A stretch of DNA of 61,118 nt from a virus (taxonomy: Duplodnaviria > Caudoviricetes), in IMG/VR virus record IMGVR_UViG_3300045141_000235, positions 1 through 61,118 of that record; one strand, written 5' to 3'. Both the position numbers and the translations under genes were made by a program. Each line of letters starts with the position of its first letter. Within the stretch, counting starts at the first letter, position 1. This document shows positions 45,932 to 55,030 of this stretch, one piece after another. Under the pieces are notes generated by a model, which was given only the letters and a program-made list of their open reading frames with translations, was not told the origin of the DNA and did no database searches.

Positions 45932-47113
45932 TTGACATCCTCCCCGCCTTAAAGGACGGGGATTCCTACAGCTAGACGCGAATGTCCTCGCGCGAAAATG
46001 AGCTTGGCTGAATTGACATCACGATCATGAGAGACGCCGCATTCAGTGCAAGTCCAATTTCTTATTCGCAAGTCTGCGATACCTTTAGGGCCACCGAGCG
46101 AACCGCACTCGGAGCAGACTTGGGTCGTGAAGCGTTCGTTGACTTCCTCGAACCATACGCGGTGCGCGATCGCTTTATAGGCGAGCATGATTCTGAATGC
46201 ACTCCACCCCGCATCCAAGACCGATTTCGCCATCTTGGTTTTTGCGAGGTCGGAGGCATTCACGTTGCCAACGAAGATTACCGCGTTCTCGCGAACGAGG
46301 CGGGTGGAAAGTTTATGCAAATGGTCTTTCCTGCGGTACTTGATTTTGGCGTGTATCGCTTTGATACGCCGCTTCTTGTGGGCGCGCTGCGCGATAGCCA
46401 GCTTGGGTTGAAGATCGCGGTAGAACCGCTGGGCTTCAATCTTCTCCCCATTACTGAACGTGGCGAAGTCCTTGATGCCGAGGTCTATGCCGATGGAACC
46501 GGTACCTTCGGATGCAGCGGGTTGATCGACTTCGCAATTTAAGTTCACGAACCAGTGGCCTTGCGCATTTTGAGCAAAGTTGCCAGCTTTGATCTTGCCT
46601 TCGATGGGTCGCGACAGCCAGAAGCGGAAGGTGTGACCGTAGTAATTGACAGAATCGTCAGTGATCTTGACACCGGGCGCCTTGAACGGAATCCAACCAA
46701 GTGATTTCTTTCCACGCCAGCGCAAACGCCGCTTCCTGAATTGCTGGCGGCGGGTAGCGTATTCCTCGCAGACAGCCTGAATGCTCTGGGCGTTGATGCC
46801 GAGTTCTTTGGAGCAACCAGCGGTGAGTTTAATCAGATCGAAACCGGAAGGCCAACGCTTTGCCCACCGCAGCGCATGATGCTGTGTTTCGTTACAGAAG
46901 TTCCAGACCATGTTGACGGCGCGCGCCATCTCTCCAAGCGCATCGGCACAGTTGGAGTCTTTAACCCGGAAGGAAAAGGTGCGAATCATGTTTAACCATT
47001 CCGCGAAATCGCGAGCAAGAACGGTGAAGTGTCAGAATCGTAGCACAGCTTCGCTGTGCGCGCTGAAAAGGAAACAATAATGGCAGACTCGGTAACTTCT
47101 CAGACCATTTTCA
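45932..47113 (-). mobile_element. IS200/IS605-family TnpB-only element (left boundary uncertain)
   Basis: Right end on - strand ...ggaatccccgtcctttaaggcggggaggatgTCAA (hairpin + TCAA); hairpin gcacagcgaagctgtgc upstream of tnpB; no tnpA. Confidence 0.75.
45949..46989 (-). CDS. tnpB: RNA-guided endonuclease TnpB
   Basis: RuvC-I GIDLG, zinc finger CSECG...CTECG, RuvC-III HDRDVNSA; the canonical RuvC-II Glu position reads IFVGNV, with a candidate alternative Glu in VNERFTTQ. Confidence 0.93.
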   Translation of the reverse strand: MIRTFSFRVKDSNCADALGEMARAVNMVWNFCNETQHHALRWAKRWPSGFDLIKLTAGCSKELGINAQSIQAVCEEYATRRQQFRKRRLRWRGKKSLGWIPFKAPGVKITDDSVNYYGHTFRFWLSRPIEGKIKAGNFAQNAQGHWFVNLNCEVDQPAASEGTGSIGIDLGIKDFATFSNGEKIEAQRFYRDLQPKLAIAQRAHKKRRIKAIHAKIKYRRKDHLHKLSTRLVRENAVIFVGNVNASDLAKTKMAKSVLDAGWSAFRIMLAYKAIAHRVWFEEVNERFTTQVCSECGSLGGPKGIADLRIRNWTCTECGVSHDRDVNSAKLIFARGHSRLAVGIPVL

Positions 47114-47508
47114 ACACCCCTCAGCGGACCAAGGTGCATTGGACGAACATCTCGGACGGCACCGGCGAGGCGGCGGTTACCAAGCTGAATATCACAACAC
47201 TCCTCGCCAACGACAACCTGCAGCCGAATTCCTTGGACATCGAGGAAGTTGATTGGTCAATCCAGGGCTTTGCGTCAGTGCGTATCCTGTGGGACCACAC
47301 GATCCCGGACGTAGCACTCGTGCTGGCCGCTGGCAGTGGGTATCGGGACTTTCGGAACAATTCCGATCCCCTGGACGATGATGGCATTCGGGCGCTGAAC
47401 GACCCTCGAAGTGCGGGCGGCACCGGTAGCATCCTTGTGACAACCAATGGGGCGCTGGCTGGGGCGACATACGACATCTCGGTGACATTCAGGAAGCGGC
47501 CCGGCTGA
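47080..47508 (+). CDS. Conserved phage virion-associated protein
   Basis: MADSVTSQTI...TNISDGTGE.AVTK motif; RBS aaggaa. Confidence 0.65.
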   Translation: MADSVTSQTIFNTPQRTKVHWTNISDGTGEAAVTKLNITTLLANDNLQPNSLDIEEVDWSIQGFASVRILWDHTIPDVALVLAAGSGYRDFRNNSDPLDDDGIRALNDPRSAGGTGSILVTTNGALAGATYDISVTFRKRPG

Positions 47509-48704
47509 TGGACGTTATTTCGCCTTCCAGGCGGCGCTTGATGTTCGGACAAAGTGGTTATGCGCCCTTGCGCCTGACGTTCAATTTGCGCCTGAGTGAT
47601 CTGGGGGGAACCTCTGGGGTTGATCTTGCGGCACAAGGTTTAGGGCTGGTCACACCAACATTCACACGTAATTCGGTGGCCTGGTTTAAGACCGCCGGTG
47701 GCGTCTGGGCCAAAGTTGCTTCCAATGTACCGCGCTCTCACTACCTAAGCAGCCCAAGCGAGAACACTTCAGCCGCCGGCTCGATCTACGCAGGATACTG
47801 GCAGGAGGGTGCAGGCATAAATTTAGTGACGCCAGCCGCAGCAATTCGAGACATGACCAACGCCGCTTGGGTGAAGACAGGGTTGACTGCGGTAAAGAAC
47901 GCACAAGGCATTGATGGGCTGGCTTTGAGCGCATCTACACTGACAGCCTCGGCGCCGGCAGCAACGGTATTGCAAATCCTGACCGCTGCGGCCTCGTCGC
48001 GCATCTATTCCGTATTCCTGCGCCGCAAAACCGGTTCCGGCGCGATTCTGATTCAACAGGGCGCCACAACTCTTGATGTAACGGCACAACTCAATACGCT
48101 CACCTACACGCGGGTTTTCCTACTGGCGAGCGTTCTCAATTCGGCATTCGGGATACGGATTGCAACCACTGGCGACGCCGTAGAGGCTGATTTCAATCAG
48201 TTCGAACCTCCAAACGCCACAAAATTGATTGGCCCTAGTAGCCCGATAGAAACGCAAGCTCCGCGCGAGGCCGACGCTTTATCATTCACGATCGCTGGCA
48301 ATGCTGATTTCGCGCAAGGCTCGGTATATGCCGAGATCGCTTCGATTGGGTGGAACTCAGGATTAGGGAGCATCGTTTCATTAGGAGACGGCGGCATCCA
48401 GACAAATATAAGTCCAAACAGTCTACAGATTGCGGACAGAGTCAATTTTAATAGCGTAGCGTTTACTCCGTCATCGATTACTGTGAGAAAGGTGGCCGCC
48501 AACTGGGGAGGCGCCACCGCGCAAGCATTCGCCAATGGTGTTGCCGGAGTAGCTGGGACTTTTTCCGGTGCCCTTGGGACAGGTAACAGTATCTACATTG
48601 GCACCGATCCTAATCCTTCCAACCACTGGTATGGCACCATCAAGAACGTGCAGATAACGCTTGTGAAACCAACGGAAGCGCAGATGTTAGCGCGGGTATC
48701 CTGA
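47508..48704 (+). CDS. Head spike/fibre-like protein with lectin (LamG-like) beta domains
   Basis: TFTRNS.A...N.PR...EG...NL, R.AD.L, G.IKNV motifs. Confidence 0.6.
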   Translation: MDVISPSRRRLMFGQSGYAPLRLTFNLRLSDLGGTSGVDLAAQGLGLVTPTFTRNSVAWFKTAGGVWAKVASNVPRSHYLSSPSENTSAAGSIYAGYWQEGAGINLVTPAAAIRDMTNAAWVKTGLTAVKNAQGIDGLALSASTLTASAPAATVLQILTAAASSRIYSVFLRRKTGSGAILIQQGATTLDVTAQLNTLTYTRVFLLASVLNSAFGIRIATTGDAVEADFNQFEPPNATKLIGPSSPIETQAPREADALSFTIAGNADFAQGSVYAEIASIGWNSGLGSIVSLGDGGIQTNISPNSLQIADRVNFNSVAFTPSSITVRKVAANWGGATAQAFANGVAGVAGTFSGALGTGNSIYIGTDPNPSNHWYGTIKNVQITLVKPTEAQMLARVS

Positions 48705-48705
48705 T

Positions 48706-49275
48706 ATGGATGATCGCAGACAACCAATCCCCGGCATCAGAATGTGGCTGCGTGTCGTTGTGGTTGCCTTGTTACTATCGACAGGCGCTTTGGCGCAGTT
48801 GCCTGCTCCTCAGCCAGTGCAGCAGCCTACGCCGGTTGTGCAATCGGGCCCGGTCGCGGTGGTTGAGTCGAATCAGGCTATGTGGATTGCGGTCGCGACC
48901 AGCGTTGTGGGTTTGCTCGGCACGGTTTTCACTGGATTGATGGCTTTTTTCATGGCCCGGCTCAACAAGCAAGCTGACGCCGCTACACAGATTGCCCAGA
49001 CAGGGTTGGACAAAGGAGAGAAAATTCTTGTGGCGTCCTCAAAAACGCTCGAAGTAGCAACAGCGAGCCACATTCTTTTGAATCATGACCGGCATGTGAT
49101 TCTCCAGAGCAACGCTGTGCTCGCGCGCCGGATTGCGGAGATTACGAAGTCGCAAGCAGATATTAAGACCGCTGACGATGCAGATAAGGCTGTAATTGAG
49201 CACGATTTGGGTCAAGCACGGGCCGACGCGAAGAAGGGCAGGATTCCGGTTGTTGGTGATAGGAGAGCGGGGTGA
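48706..49275 (+). CDS. Membrane protein (holin-like candidate)
   Basis: Signal-like N-terminus plus one TM helix, upstream of the lysin. Confidence 0.5.
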   Translation: MDDRRQPIPGIRMWLRVVVVALLLSTGALAQLPAPQPVQQPTPVVQSGPVAVVESNQAMWIAVATSVVGLLGTVFTGLMAFFMARLNKQADAATQIAQTGLDKGEKILVASSKTLEVATASHILLNHDRHVILQSNAVLARRIAEITKSQADIKTADDADKAVIEHDLGQARADAKKGRIPVVGDRRAG

Positions 49276-49511
49276 TGTCTTTCGTCCTGCAGCACTCCCG
49301 CCACGGCAACGTGATCGCCGTGAGTAAGCGTCCAAGCCATTCGTGGAAGCATCCAGTTCCGAAAGAGTATCAATTCGCAACCGAGGCCGAAGCGATGGAG
49401 TTCCTCGCTGAAAATGTTCCGATCGAGTGGCGAACGAGCTATTCAATCATCGAGCGGTCGCACCTGACAGGCGAAGGCAGCCATGCCCGACGACAAAAAA
49501 AAGCGCGGTAA
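49275..49511 (+). CDS. Hypothetical protein
   Basis: Coupled ORF. Confidence 0.4.
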   Translation: MSFVLQHSRHGNVIAVSKRPSHSWKHPVPKEYQFATEAEAMEFLAENVPIEWRTSYSIIERSHLTGEGSHARRQKKAR

Positions 49512-49674
49512 GCCCGATCGCAGCAGATTCAGCCTGTCGCAGGCGCACGAGTTGCGCTACTGGAGCCGCAGGTTTGGCATCACGCAGACTGATCTACGCA
49601 GCATCGTTAAGCTCGTGGGGCCGATGGTGAAGGACGTGAAGCTCTTTTTGCATATCAGAATCGACGAAGCCTGA
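49483..49674 (+). CDS. DUF3606-like small protein
   Basis: MPDDKKKRGKPDRSR.....HELRYWS..FGIT...L...VK.VG..V.DV. Confidence 0.75.
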   Translation: MPDDKKKRGKPDRSRFSLSQAHELRYWSRRFGITQTDLRSIVKLVGPMVKDVKLFLHIRIDEA

Positions 49675-49684
49675 GGGGAATGCC

Positions 49685-49891
49685 ATGCACCTAGAACACC
49701 AATTGCACGTCATCGATCGCAAGCTCAATCACTTGGACGCGCTCTGTCACGAAATCATTCAGATTCAACTGTTATCATGCAACACGCTAGACCCGCAGGC
49801 GCTTAAAGCATCGCAGGATCGGCTGAGGGCGAGCGCGGAAGCGTTAAAGGCAGCACTCGAAAACGTAAGTCCACCAGTACCACCAACCTGA
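49685..49891 (+). CDS. Hypothetical coiled-coil protein
   Basis: RBS gagggg; helical pattern. Confidence 0.5.
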   Translation: MHLEHQLHVIDRKLNHLDALCHEIIQIQLLSCNTLDPQALKASQDRLRASAEALKAALENVSPPVPPT

Positions 49892-49902
49892 AAGGAACAA
49901 TC

Positions 49903-50148
49903 GTGAGTCAAGCAATCGACGACGCAGTTCAAGCACTAAACGATCAAATCACCAAGAACACGGATGCCGAGGCTTCTGCCGTGCTGTTGATCAACAGCAT
50001 CGCCTCCCGCATCGACGCAGCAGTAGCCGCAGCGCTCTTGGCGAATCCGTCGATAACGGCTGCGCAACTGGCGGGGATCACCGCAGAAACAGCGGCGCTG
50101 AAGAAGTCAAGCGACGACCTCGGAGCCGCGATCGTAGCAAATACCTAG
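49903..50148 (+). CDS. Hypothetical Ala-rich coiled-coil protein
   Basis: RBS aaggaa; ends L.AAI.ANT. Confidence 0.6.
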   Translation: MSQAIDDAVQALNDQITKNTDAEASAVLLINSIASRIDAAVAAALLANPSITAAQLAGITAETAALKKSSDDLGAAIVANT

Positions 50149-50219
50149 CACGCAGCACCCGCTCGCTACCCGGCGGGCGGGAATCAGCACGGCAAGGGAG
50201 GTTACTCGCGGAGATTGCG

Positions 50220-50528
50220 ATGAGAAGAACACCCTCGAAAAAGGTATTGGCATTGAGCTTTTCAGAGGCAGCTTTATTGGGCATGGTATCGACTGCGGCG
50301 TTGGCAGAGCCAATGGCCGTGAGTTTGGGCGGGCTGGTGAACTTCGTTATCTACGTGCTGATCCTTGCCGCCGTGGTGTGGCTGCTTTTGTTCATAATTG
50401 CGAAGGCTGAACCACCGGAACCCTTCTCGAAAATTTTGCCGATGATCGTGTACATCGTTGCAGCGCTTCTGTTGATAGCAATGCTTTTGAGTTTCGCCGG
50501 GATGCCTGTCGTTAATGTAGGTAGATAG
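50220..50528 (+). CDS. Small multi-TM membrane protein (holin candidate)
   Basis: Two strong TM helices around a PPEPF loop, immediately before the lysin. Confidence 0.55.
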   Translation: MRRTPSKKVLALSFSEAALLGMVSTAALAEPMAVSLGGLVNFVIYVLILAAVVWLLLFIIAKAEPPEPFSKILPMIVYIVAALLLIAMLLSFAGMPVVNVGR

Positions 50529-50529
50529 G

Positions 50530-51009
50530 ATGAGCCCGCAATTCGTCCTGGAATTCGCGATCGTACCAGCACTTCGATTGCTCCCTGACGAGATGACCAG
50601 TCCGGGTGCCGAAGCAATGCTGTTGGCTATCGGAGCGCAGGAGAGTGGGTTCGATCATCGGCGTCAGATTGGAAACGGGCCTGGTCTTGGATTTTGGCAA
50701 TTTGAACAGGGCGGGGGCGTGCTCGGAGTTCTCAGACATCCGGCAACCAAGCGTCACATCCAGGCCGTGCTGACCGCGTTGGATTACGATCCAGCGTCGG
50801 ACCCGGAGACGTGTTACGGAATCATCGAGCACAACGATATTATGGCTGCCGCCTTCGCGCGCTTGTTGTTGTGGACGGTGCCGGCGCCGCTCCCGGTAAA
50901 GACTGCACCAATGTTGGGCTGGAGCCAGTACGTTTCGGTTTGGCGCCCAGGGAAACCGCACCGCGAAACTTGGGACAAACTTTTTGAGTCTGCTTGGGAA
51001 ATCATTTAG
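50530..51009 (+). CDS. Endolysin (lysozyme-fold / transglycosylase-like)
   Basis: MLLAIG.QES...RRQ...GP..GFWQFEQGGG...ARLLL...WRPGKPH. Confidence 0.75.
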   Translation: MSPQFVLEFAIVPALRLLPDEMTSPGAEAMLLAIGAQESGFDHRRQIGNGPGLGFWQFEQGGGVLGVLRHPATKRHIQAVLTALDYDPASDPETCYGIIEHNDIMAAAFARLLLWTVPAPLPVKTAPMLGWSQYVSVWRPGKPHRETWDKLFESAWEII

Positions 51010-51018
51010 GAGACAACC

Positions 51019-51429
51019 TTGAGACGAAACCGCGGATTCTCCGAAATCGCAGCTCTACTCTACTTCGGCATCGTAGGTGCCGCCCTAATCGCCTGCACAG
51101 CACCGCCGCAGGGCGCTGTCGGCCAATCGCCGGAGTCGATGATCAAGAACGCAGCCAACGCGCACGCGGCCACTTCAACGCTGGCGACGGCTTTGCTGAA
51201 AAACAACCGCGTGACCGTATCGCAAAGTAAATCGTTCTCGATTTTGCTTCACGCATCCAGCACCGCTCTGGATAACGCCAACGAGGACTTGTTGGAGTGC
51301 CGGTCCGCCACGGCCAGCACGGCATCGACTTCGCCTGACCCGTGCGCGGTAAAAGTCACCGATGTGATCAAACTCGCTTCGGACGGGATCGCCAACGTGA
51401 GAAAAACCCTCGAAGCCAAACGCCCTTAA
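51019..51429 (+). CDS. Lipoprotein (spanin-like candidate)
   Basis: Hydrophobic signal ending in the lipobox LIAC; follows the lysin. Confidence 0.55.
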   Translation: MRRNRGFSEIAALLYFGIVGAALIACTAPPQGAVGQSPESMIKNAANAHAATSTLATALLKNNRVTVSQSKSFSILLHASSTALDNANEDLLECRSATASTASTSPDPCAVKVTDVIKLASDGIANVRKTLEAKRP

Positions 51430-51444
51430 GAGAGAGGAAACAGC

Positions 51445-51702
51445 ATGGGTACGGTAAGCCTGGTTCTCCCCCTGATCTCCGAAGCCTTAGCCGTCATCGC
51501 CGCATTCAAGGGTGACGCAAAACTCGCGCGCTCGACCGGGCAGATTACGGATGCAATTGATGTCGTTGAATCCCTGATCCCACTGGTGGTCGATTGGGGC
51601 AATGGGGTTGAAGTCACCCCCGAAGAAGTGATCGCCGCCCTCGAAGGCAAGGACGCAGCACTCGCCGCATTCGACAAGCTGATCCTCGAAAGGAGTGTGT
51701 GA
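51445..51702 (+). CDS. Hypothetical protein
   Basis: RBS gagagg; amphipathic helices. Confidence 0.55.
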   Translation: MGTVSLVLPLISEALAVIAAFKGDAKLARSTGQITDAIDVVESLIPLVVDWGNGVEVTPEEVIAALEGKDAALAAFDKLILERSV

Positions 51703-51703
51703 A

Positions 51704-51862
51704 ATGCAAACATATGGCACCGCAGTTCCGCGCATCGGCAGCACTATCGGCCGCGGCTTAATCAACCGCGCCCGTGTCTCGGCGCGACCCATGAAGATGT
51801 CGCAACCCGCCCGGCCCACCAGAGCCGCACGAACTCCCACACCGTCAACCAGGAGATACTGA
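51704..51862 (+). CDS. Tiny basic protein (52 aa) with a capsid-like N-terminus and GLINRA motif
   Basis: Hand-translated MQTYGTAVPRIGSTIGRGLINRARV...; RBS aaggag. Confidence 0.55.
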   Translation: MQTYGTAVPRIGSTIGRGLINRARVSARPMKMSQPARPTRAARTPTPSTRRY

Positions 51863-51863
51863 C

Positions 51864-52211
51864 ATGCCCCACGTTTGCGCTGAAATCGAGATCAAAGAGG
51901 ACGGTTCGGTGTGGGTTGGACTCGAACCCCCAGAGGAAGCTGGGTACGGAGGAGAAGGCGGGGGCGAGGGCGCTGGAGCACCTGCCGGCGCGCAAGGTAG
52001 TGCCCCAGGCGGCGCTACGGAGGGGGTTGAGGATAAGCCCTACCTGAAACCCGCCGGCAGCCTGGACGAGGCCCTGAGCGTAGCCCGCGACCTGCTATCA
52101 GGCGCATCCGGCGCCCAGGCCCAAGGTGCCGAGCAGGACTTGGCAACCGGTTACGCCAAGGCGGGCGGCGCGATGGGGCAGCCGCAGCCGCCCGGAGCGA
52201 TGGGCGCGTGA
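51864..52211 (+). CDS. Acidic Gly-rich protein with scaffold-like motif
   Basis: RBS aggag; QDLATGYAK near the C-terminus. Confidence 0.6.
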   Translation: MPHVCAEIEIKEDGSVWVGLEPPEEAGYGGEGGGEGAGAPAGAQGSAPGGATEGVEDKPYLKPAGSLDEALSVARDLLSGASGAQAQGAEQDLATGYAKAGGAMGQPQPPGAMGA

Positions 52212-52215
52212 TGCG

Positions 52216-52392
52216 ATGCCATGGCAGGCTGGAGATGCGCGCTCGCACACGCACAAGGCGAAGTCGGCTGCTCAACAGACGCAATGGGCGAAGGTCGCCA
52301 ACGCGATACTGGCGAGAACCGGCGATGATGCCAAGGCCATTCGGATCGCCAACGCGGGGCTGCTTCATAGTGCGATGAAGAGATCGAGATGA
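52216..52392 (+). CDS. Small basic protein upstream of portal
   Basis: MPW...A..HT.KA......QWAKVAN..L...GDD..AIRIANA; coupled to portal. Confidence 0.6.
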   Translation: MPWQAGDARSHTHKAKSAAQQTQWAKVANAILARTGDDAKAIRIANAGLLHSAMKRSR

Positions 52393-54770
52393 CCATAGGC
52401 ACTGGCCCGCAGACGAGTGACCAAGCAGCAGCGGACCAGTTGGGCCCGGAAGATCAACGAAGTCTGGATGACGCACGCTCGGAGCGCTTAAACGCCCTCG
52501 GCTTGGCTCTTGCCAAAAAGCGTGGCGATGCGATTCAGGGGCGCCAGCAGTGCGGGATTGAATCGGTCTGGATCGGAGACGAGGAGCACTACCAGGGCGT
52601 TGATGACGCCAATCGCGCCGAGCACATAAACGCCTGGCACACCAAGCCTCCGGGCATGGTGACACCCCCGCCGGCCGGCACCACGCGCTCGACCGTGTTC
52701 CCGAACGTAACCCGCCCGTATTGCGACGCCGCAGCCGCCCGCATTGCCGACATGCTGCTGCCGAACGACGACAGAAACTGGTCTCTGGAGCCAACCCCGG
52801 TGCCGGAGTTGGCAGAGATCGCGGCAGGCCAGATTCCCGACTGGATGCAGCAGGAGATGCAGGCCGAGCCCGGTGTCGACGCGGCCCGGATGCAGCAGAT
52901 GCAGGCCGCCGTCATTGACCAGGCGAAGAAGATTGTCGATGAGGCCAAAAAGATGGCCGACAAGGCCCAGGAGCGCATCTCCGACTGGCAGATTGAAGGC
53001 CAGTGGCATGCCGAAGTGCGCCGGGTGATCGAGGATGCCGCGCGCTGCGGCTCTGGCGTTCTGAAAGGCCCGGTACCGGTCAAACGCAAGGTCGTGATTC
53101 TCGAGGACGTCGCGGGCGATGGGCAGGCTGCCCCGCATCCCAACGTGTTCCAGCGCATCGTGACCGGTATCCGCACGATGCTGACCAATGCGAAGATCCA
53201 GACCCAGAAGCAGTTGATCGTGAAAGAGGAGATCAAACCCGCCTCCAAGTGGGTGTCGTTCTGGAACTTCTTCCCGGACCCGGCCTGTGGCGACAACCTG
53301 CATAACGGATCGTTCACCTTCGAGAAAGATTACCTCGCGCCCAAGCAGCTCAAAGACTTGAAAGGCACCCCTGGCTACATCGACAACCAGATCGAAGCCT
53401 GTCTGGAAGAAGGCCCGATGCGGGCGGTGGCGCCCAGCAAGGACAATCCGAACGATTACGCGAACAAAAGCGGGGAGGGCGACACCCGGTTTGAGATTTG
53501 GTACTACCACGGCAGCCTCGACAAGGAAGAACTGGCCGCGGCCGGTTGCGACTGCCCGGAAGGCGAAGACGTGCCACTGATCCCGGCCCAGGTAACGATG
53601 GTGAATAACCGCGTGATCCGGGCGAGCTTAAACCCGCTCGACTCAGGCGACTATCCCTACGACATCATGCCATGGCAGCGCCAGCCGGGCTCCCCCTGGG
53701 GCATCGGGGTTGCGCGCCAGGGCAGAACGCCGCAGCGTATCGTGACGGCCGCTACGCGAAACCTGATGGACAACGGAGGGTTGTCGGCAGGGCCGCAGAT
53801 CATCCTGAAGAACGGGCTTATCGTACCAGCGGACGGCAACTACACGATCACGCCCAGGAAGGTCTGGTATGCGGGCGAGGACTCCGACATCGAGGATGTG
53901 AGCAAAGCCATCACGTTCGTCGATGTACCATCCATGCAGGCCGAGCTGATGGAGATCATTCAGTTCGGCTTGAAGATGATGGAGGATTCAACCGGCCTGC
54001 CCATGCTGCTTCAGGGGCAGCAGGGCAAGGCTCCCGACACCGTGGGCGGCATGACGCTCCTGAACAACAACGCGAGTGCGGTGCTGCGGCGCCTGGCACG
54101 CACGTTCGATGATTGCGTGACCGAGCCGCACATCCGGCGTTACTACACCTGGCTTCTGCAGTACGGTGAGGACGACGAGAAGGGCGACTCCCAGATTGAT
54201 GCGCGCGGCTCATCTGCGCTGGTCGAGCGCGACTTACAGGCAACGGAAATTGCGCAAATGGCGGCGGTAGTCACCAATCCGATCTTCGGGCTCGACCCGA
54301 AGAAGTGGGCGCGCGAGTTGTTGAAGTCACGGAAGTTCGACTCCCGGCTCTTCGAGTATGACGATCCGCAATGGCAGAAGATTGTCGAGCAGATGGGTCA
54401 GAAGCCGCAGGACCCGAGAGAAGCCATCGCGCAGTTGAAGGCCCAAACGGATGAGAAGCTATTGCAGTTGACGCAGACATTCGAGGCTACGGAGAACGAG
54501 AAAGAGCGCGAGAACAAGGTCGTGATCGAAATGATCAACGAGAAAATCTCGAATGCGGAATTGGATTCAGTGGAGCGCCAGGTGCTTGAGAAATTAAAGT
54601 CGGATCTTGCTTCGGTAACTCTCAAACTTGGCGTACAGCGTGAGATATCGGCTGCGACGCTGGCTCTCGATGCTCACAAGCACCACACGCTGCCGGCGCT
54701 GAAGGCTGTGACCGCACCGCCTAGCGAGCCCGGCGGACGTGCCCAGCCTGGGCGGAGTTTTCAGAGTTAG
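52389..54770 (+). CDS. Portal protein
   Basis: 793 aa; N.TRPYC..A.ARI.D.L.P, G.GVLKGP, WNFFPDP, WG.GV...Q, T.GGM.LL..NA; position before scaffold and capsid. Confidence 0.85.
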   Translation: MTIGTGPQTSDQAAADQLGPEDQRSLDDARSERLNALGLALAKKRGDAIQGRQQCGIESVWIGDEEHYQGVDDANRAEHINAWHTKPPGMVTPPPAGTTRSTVFPNVTRPYCDAAAARIADMLLPNDDRNWSLEPTPVPELAEIAAGQIPDWMQQEMQAEPGVDAARMQQMQAAVIDQAKKIVDEAKKMADKAQERISDWQIEGQWHAEVRRVIEDAARCGSGVLKGPVPVKRKVVILEDVAGDGQAAPHPNVFQRIVTGIRTMLTNAKIQTQKQLIVKEEIKPASKWVSFWNFFPDPACGDNLHNGSFTFEKDYLAPKQLKDLKGTPGYIDNQIEACLEEGPMRAVAPSKDNPNDYANKSGEGDTRFEIWYYHGSLDKEELAAAGCDCPEGEDVPLIPAQVTMVNNRVIRASLNPLDSGDYPYDIMPWQRQPGSPWGIGVARQGRTPQRIVTAATRNLMDNGGLSAGPQIILKNGLIVPADGNYTITPRKVWYAGEDSDIEDVSKAITFVDVPSMQAELMEIIQFGLKMMEDSTGLPMLLQGQQGKAPDTVGGMTLLNNNASAVLRRLARTFDDCVTEPHIRRYYTWLLQYGEDDEKGDSQIDARGSSALVERDLQATEIAQMAAVVTNPIFGLDPKKWARELLKSRKFDSRLFEYDDPQWQKIVEQMGQKPQDPREAIAQLKAQTDEKLLQLTQTFEATENEKERENKVVIEMINEKISNAELDSVERQVLEKLKSDLASVTLKLGVQREISAATLALDAHKHHTLPALKAVTAPPSEPGGRAQPGRSFQS

Positions 54771-54773
54771 CCG

Positions 54774-55010
54774 ATGGCCGGCCCCGAACCGTTACTGACC
54801 GCAGAAGACCGCGACAATCGCCTGTGGTTGAAGTTGAAGGCGAATCTCGAAGATCGCCTGACGGCGCTGCGCATTCAAAACGATAGCACCAAGCTCACGC
54901 TGGACGACACGAACAAGCTGCGCGGGCGAATTCAAGAGGTCAAACGCCTGCTGTCGCTCGGGACCGCGACGCCGATCGTGGACGAGGAAAGCGACTTGTT
55001 CAAAGATTAA
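54774..55010 (+). CDS. Small conserved protein following portal
   Basis: W.KLK..LE.RL..LR..ND....T..LRGRI.E.K.LL. Confidence 0.65.
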   Translation: MAGPEPLLTAEDRDNRLWLKLKANLEDRLTALRIQNDSTKLTLDDTNKLRGRIQEVKRLLSLGTATPIVDEESDLFKD

Positions 55011-55030
55011 AACCATGTTAAGACGCTAAC

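Noticed and set aside
45949-46989. Cas12f or definite nuclease-dead TldR
   Set aside because: No CRISPR array; an IS-type right end is present; two catalytic Asp and a plausible alternative Glu remain.
45932-47079. IStron (group I intron plus TnpB) restoring the gene by splicing
   Set aside because: Only about 90 bp of non-coding sequence flanks tnpB, too little for a ribozyme core, and the gene is restored by a second start instead.
50150-50220. Possible ncRNA in the lysis region
   Set aside because: Only a single GC hairpin without a U-tract or further structure; insufficient support.
52015-53510. Long antisense ORFs (259, 340, 242 aa), and similar ones opposite the giant gene
   Set aside because: Shadow ORFs expected opposite GC-rich coding sequence; no motifs or RBS.
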